Shown piece by piece: positions 61,116-64,000 of a DNA stretch of 64,000 bases. Both the position numbers and the translations under genes were made by a program. Within the stretch, counting starts at the first letter, position 1, and each line of letters starts with the position of its first letter. Below the pieces are notes generated by a model, which was given only the letters and a program-made list of their open reading frames with translations, was not told the DNA's origin and made no database searches. The DNA is from Phycisphaerae bacterium (GTDB taxonomy: Bacteria; Planctomycetota; Phycisphaerae; UBA1845): positions 96,001 through 160,000 of the forward strand of contig CAXXGO010000001.1 in the NCBI GenBank assembly GCA_963666835.2, given 5' to 3'.

Positions 61116-61468
61116 CTCGATGGCACAGCACGTCAGACTTGTGTGTGCTGGTCGAGAGGACAGGGCTCTGCTGAGGAGCACCCCGAGCGCTCGTACCAGT
61201 GCCGGGACAGGCGCGGGAGTCTGCATGCACGGCGGGCTCTCGCTCTCCCTGGCCTGTTCTGGCTCCCAAGCGACAAACCTTGGGGGTCTGGGGGCAAAGC
61301 CCCCGGTGATCGCCACACGGTCGCGGTGGACATATGTCACTATCTTCGGCGTAAGCTGGATCCCGCGGCTCACGCCGTGGGCTAGGCAGAGCTGTCGCCC
61401 TGACGGGCTGGTTCCGCGAGCCACACGCGTGGCACATCTGCGTGCGGCTCGGACGATTACGGCCTTGA

Positions 61469-61502
61469 TGGCAGGTCTCGTGCCTCGACCGTGCCCTACG
61501 AG
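61469..61502 (-). repeat. GTAG-type REP-like element, copy 2
   Basis: 33/34 identical to 19370-19403. Confidence 0.7.
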
Positions 61503-61629
61503 TGGTGTCATCGGCTCCCCCATGTTCAGATTGTTCTACTCTGCACGAGCCTGACAGAAGCGTGGCATTAGAGAAACCCAATAGAACATGGGCCACCCGA
61601 TCGACGCCACCCGGCCGGATAGGCCGCGG

Positions 61630-63999
61630 CTATGACTGCGAGCCTGCATCCGATTCGTTGTCGAGGCGCTTTTTAACTTTCAACAGGCGCGATGTGTGGC
61701 TTTCATCGGAAGCGGATGCCGGCCCGCGTTCGGATGGGGTGCTTGTAGTCGGGCGATGTGTCTGCGGAATACTGTATCCCGATTGCCGCGCGGGCCGGTT
61801 GGCGCGGCAATCGGGGTTTACTTGTTCGTCGCGGCGTTGCGGCTGGTCCGTTGGCGGCTTGCCGGACTCACGCGTCTGGCTATGCGATTCGCGGAGGGCG
61901 GCGAGCGTTGCCACGCTTTTGGCGGCAACCTCTCTGGCGCCGAGTCCGTCCGTCCATCCGGTGAGTTTCTGGAAAAGCTCGGCGGGTGTGACCGCAAGGC
62001 GACGCACGGCCACATCCAACAAGAACAACCCCAATGCGAACTTAACCAGCAGTTCCCAGACGGAGCGACGAATCTGCACCGGACGGATGCTCGACCGCTC
62101 GAAGACCATGTCCGGGTACTGGGCACTGAGCACCCGACCGCCCGTCTTGCGAGCGAGGCCGGCGAGCGTTGTGTCATCATGCGTCATTGTCGCGTACTCC
62201 TTCGAGAAGCTGACGACAATGCCGGTCCTGAGCGTACCCGAGTGCCGCCGGCGTCCTTCTCCCTGCGAATAGGCCATGTTGACCAGGTACGTCCCCGGGA
62301 GGTCCGCTGAGAAATCCGCCTCCAACCGCCCGGACGCCGTACGCTCGAAGTGGAGCGGTTTCGACGAATAGTCCGGCTGAATCAGGCGGCCGGTCAGCTC
62401 CAGCGACGTTTGCAGTTCCCTCGGCAGGTACTCGGCCGATACAACCACGTGGCCGACCCCGTTTTTGACCGACGATTCGACTTCGAGGTCCGACGCATTC
62501 GACGACCTCCCGGCGTACCGGACGACCTGCGTCCAGAGCTTGCTGAAGCTCGGCCACGCCACCCACTGCGGCGCCCAATGATTCCACAGGCCGCTGGTGA
62601 AGGCCACCGCTCGGCCAAGGCCCTCCTGCCAATAGGCGAGAATCGGATCGGAGCCCTCGTCGGTGGGGCGGAACAACGGAACCGATGCCGCCGGCTTGGC
62701 AGAAGCCACGACGTGGCCGCGCAGCGCCGGAATGTCCGACTGCGAGAACCCCACCATAATCCGCTCGTTGTCGCTTTCATCGAGCCGTGGCGTGAACGGT
62801 CTCTCGTATAGTCCGGACGTACTGGCTAATACCGTCTCGTGAACGAAGATCTGCGGCAGCGGCTGTGCACTTCGGGCGGTGTACATTCTGCCCTGACTCA
62901 GCGTTGCAATCCGGGCAAGAAGTGCCCGATCGGCGTCCGGCCCAACGGCAATCGTCGAAACGGTGATGCCCGCATCACAGCACTTTCCGGCGAGCGCTTC
63001 GAAATCTCCGTGAACGGACTTACCGTCCGTGAGCACGATTACGTGCTTCAGGTTAGCGTCCAGAGGGAGCAGGGCGGCATATGCCTGCTCCAGTGCCGGG
63101 AACATGTTCGTCCCGCCGCCGCCGGCAATCGTGGAGATCATGCGCGCAATCGCAGTTCGATCGGCAGCGGTGCGAATCGGAACCACGCACTCCGGCATGC
63201 TGTCGAACGCGATCACACCAATGCGATCCAGCGGACCAAGCAGTTGAACGGCTCCCATCGCTGCCTGTCGGGCCATTGCCAGCTTCTCTCCGCTCATCGA
63301 TCCGGACCGGTCGATGACAATCACCATGGCCAGACTGAGCAGCTTGAGCTTGTCGCGATCGGTCTCGACCGGCAGGACTTCCTCGAGCGTAGTATGAGCG
63401 TAGCCACCGACGCTAAAGGACTGATCGCCGCCGATGACGACTAATCCACCGCCCTGATCGCGAACGAACGAGGCGATCATCTTCTGGAGGTTCTCCCCCA
63501 GCGCAAAGGCCGACACATTGCAGAGAATCAGCGTCGAGCAGTCCGCCAGAGATGCCGGATCGGCCGGCAGTCTATGGAGCGAGATCTGTTCGACCTCGAT
63601 GCCGCCCTTGCGCAGCGCCTCGGCCAGGACCCGCGCGCCCTCTCGATCGCTTTGAGACGAAGAACCCGCTACGATTAGCACGCGTTCCGCCTGTCCGACG
63701 ATCGTAAACGCGCTGCCCTGGTTGTTGATGGCCATGGTGTCCGCAAGCTTATCGTCCGGGCTGATGACCGCCGTGAATCGATGGACGCCGGAGGTCGGCA
63801 GTTGCACCGGAATGGCATATCGGTTTGCCCCGGCGTCAAGGTGGATTGGCAACGATGACGCTTCTGAAGACTCGTCCAGATCAACGAGTCGGTCGTTATG
63901 GTAGAGGCGCAGGTGAGCGGCCGTCGGGAGCTGCGAGCGTATGAACAGTTGAAGGTCAATGACCTCGTCGCGGTTGGCAGTTGCGGGCGCGGACAGCCG
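61630..63999 (-). CDS. vWA-domain membrane protein with glutamine-amidotransferase-like domains (5'-partial)
   Basis: The frame is open to the window edge; MIDAS DRSGSM, GGGT, VLTDG; GGGLVVIGG..SF..GGY..LEEVLPV; GLGRAVAFTS; C-terminal TM helix. Confidence 0.88.
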   Translation of the reverse strand, partial: RLSAPATANRDEVIDLQLFIRSQLPTAAHLRLYHNDRLVDLDESSEASSLPIHLDAGANRYAIPVQLPTSGVHRFTAVISPDDKLADTMAINNQGSAFTIVGQAERVLIVAGSSSQSDREGARVLAEALRKGGIEVEQISLHRLPADPASLADCSTLILCNVSAFALGENLQKMIASFVRDQGGGLVVIGGDQSFSVGGYAHTTLEEVLPVETDRDKLKLLSLAMVIVIDRSGSMSGEKLAMARQAAMGAVQLLGPLDRIGVIAFDSMPECVVPIRTAADRTAIARMISTIAGGGGTNMFPALEQAYAALLPLDANLKHVIVLTDGKSVHGDFEALAGKCCDAGITVSTIAVGPDADRALLARIATLSQGRMYTARSAQPLPQIFVHETVLASTSGLYERPFTPRLDESDNERIMVGFSQSDIPALRGHVVASAKPAASVPLFRPTDEGSDPILAYWQEGLGRAVAFTSGLWNHWAPQWVAWPSFSKLWTQVVRYAGRSSNASDLEVESSVKNGVGHVVVSAEYLPRELQTSLELTGRLIQPDYSSKPLHFERTASGRLEADFSADLPGTYLVNMAYSQGEGRRRHSGTLRTGIVVSFSKEYATMTHDDTTLAGLARKTGGRVLSAQYPDMVFERSSIRPVQIRRSVWELLVKFALGLFLLDVAVRRLAVTPAELFQKLTGWTDGLGAREVAAKSVATLAALRESHSQTRESGKPPTDQPQRRDEQVNPDCRANRPARQSGYSIPQTHRPTTSTPSERGPASASDESHTSRLLKVKKRLDNESDAGSQS

Positions 64000-64000
64000 T

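Larger units (their letters stand above)
59440..61339 (+). mobile_element. Putative 1.9-kb mobile element carrying two DUF1670-type genes
   Basis: Perfect 15-bp terminal inverted repeats (TGACATATGTCCACC at 59440-59454, GGTGGACATATGTCA at 61325-61339). Flanks are CTACCTTCC and CTATCTTCG; the element lies between convergent host genes. Confidence 0.7.

Noticed and set aside
61090..61554. Possible third ORF of the DUF1670 element
   Set aside because: It has no recognisable motif and runs through the right inverted repeat and a REP unit.

Overview
GC-rich bacterial DNA, most likely Planctomycetota (Phycisphaerae-like), judged from Cys-rich cohesin/dockerin-type secreted proteins, an unlinked rRNA gene and the CvpA/PilB/PilT block. 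From left to right: (1) the 3' part of a large Cys-rich secreted protein. (2) A stand-alone 23S rRNA gene with its own promoter, boxA, processing helices and terminator, with no 16S, tRNA or 5S. (3) A rearranged hotspot (7.7-19.3 kb) in which three copies of a methyltransferase 5' end and a promoter-like spacer bracket two cassettes. One is an ArnC/ArnT-like envelope-modification operon with a CusRS-like two-component system; the other is a convergent AbiEii/AbiEi pair with three related palindromes. (4) A core block: CvpA-family protein, degenerate PilB, PilT, pteridine reductase, DnaJ-class chaperone. (5) An OrpR-like sigma-54 regulon with two divergent -24/-12 promoters. One drives an 'orange protein' (NifB/NifX, MinD-like 4Fe-4S ATPases, Mrp) operon; the other drives an operon containing a dockerin-like-tagged octaheme cytochrome c. 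(6) A DUF2294 (MpsC) locus with an attenuator-like leader RNA ahead of a B12 radical SAM gene, floA and a DEAD-box helicase. (7) A StnABC-type (NuoE/NuoF/GltD-NuoG) probable electron-bifurcating transhydrogenase. (8) A 1.9-kb element of two DUF1670-type paralogues bounded by perfect 15-bp inverted repeats with no recognisable transposase. (9) The 3' part of a vWA membrane protein. The best candidates for undescribed biology are the DUF1670 element, the DUF2294 leader RNA, the OrpR-controlled dockerin-cytochrome and the promoter-carrying duplication hotspot. All family calls come from motif recognition by eye; no searches were run.
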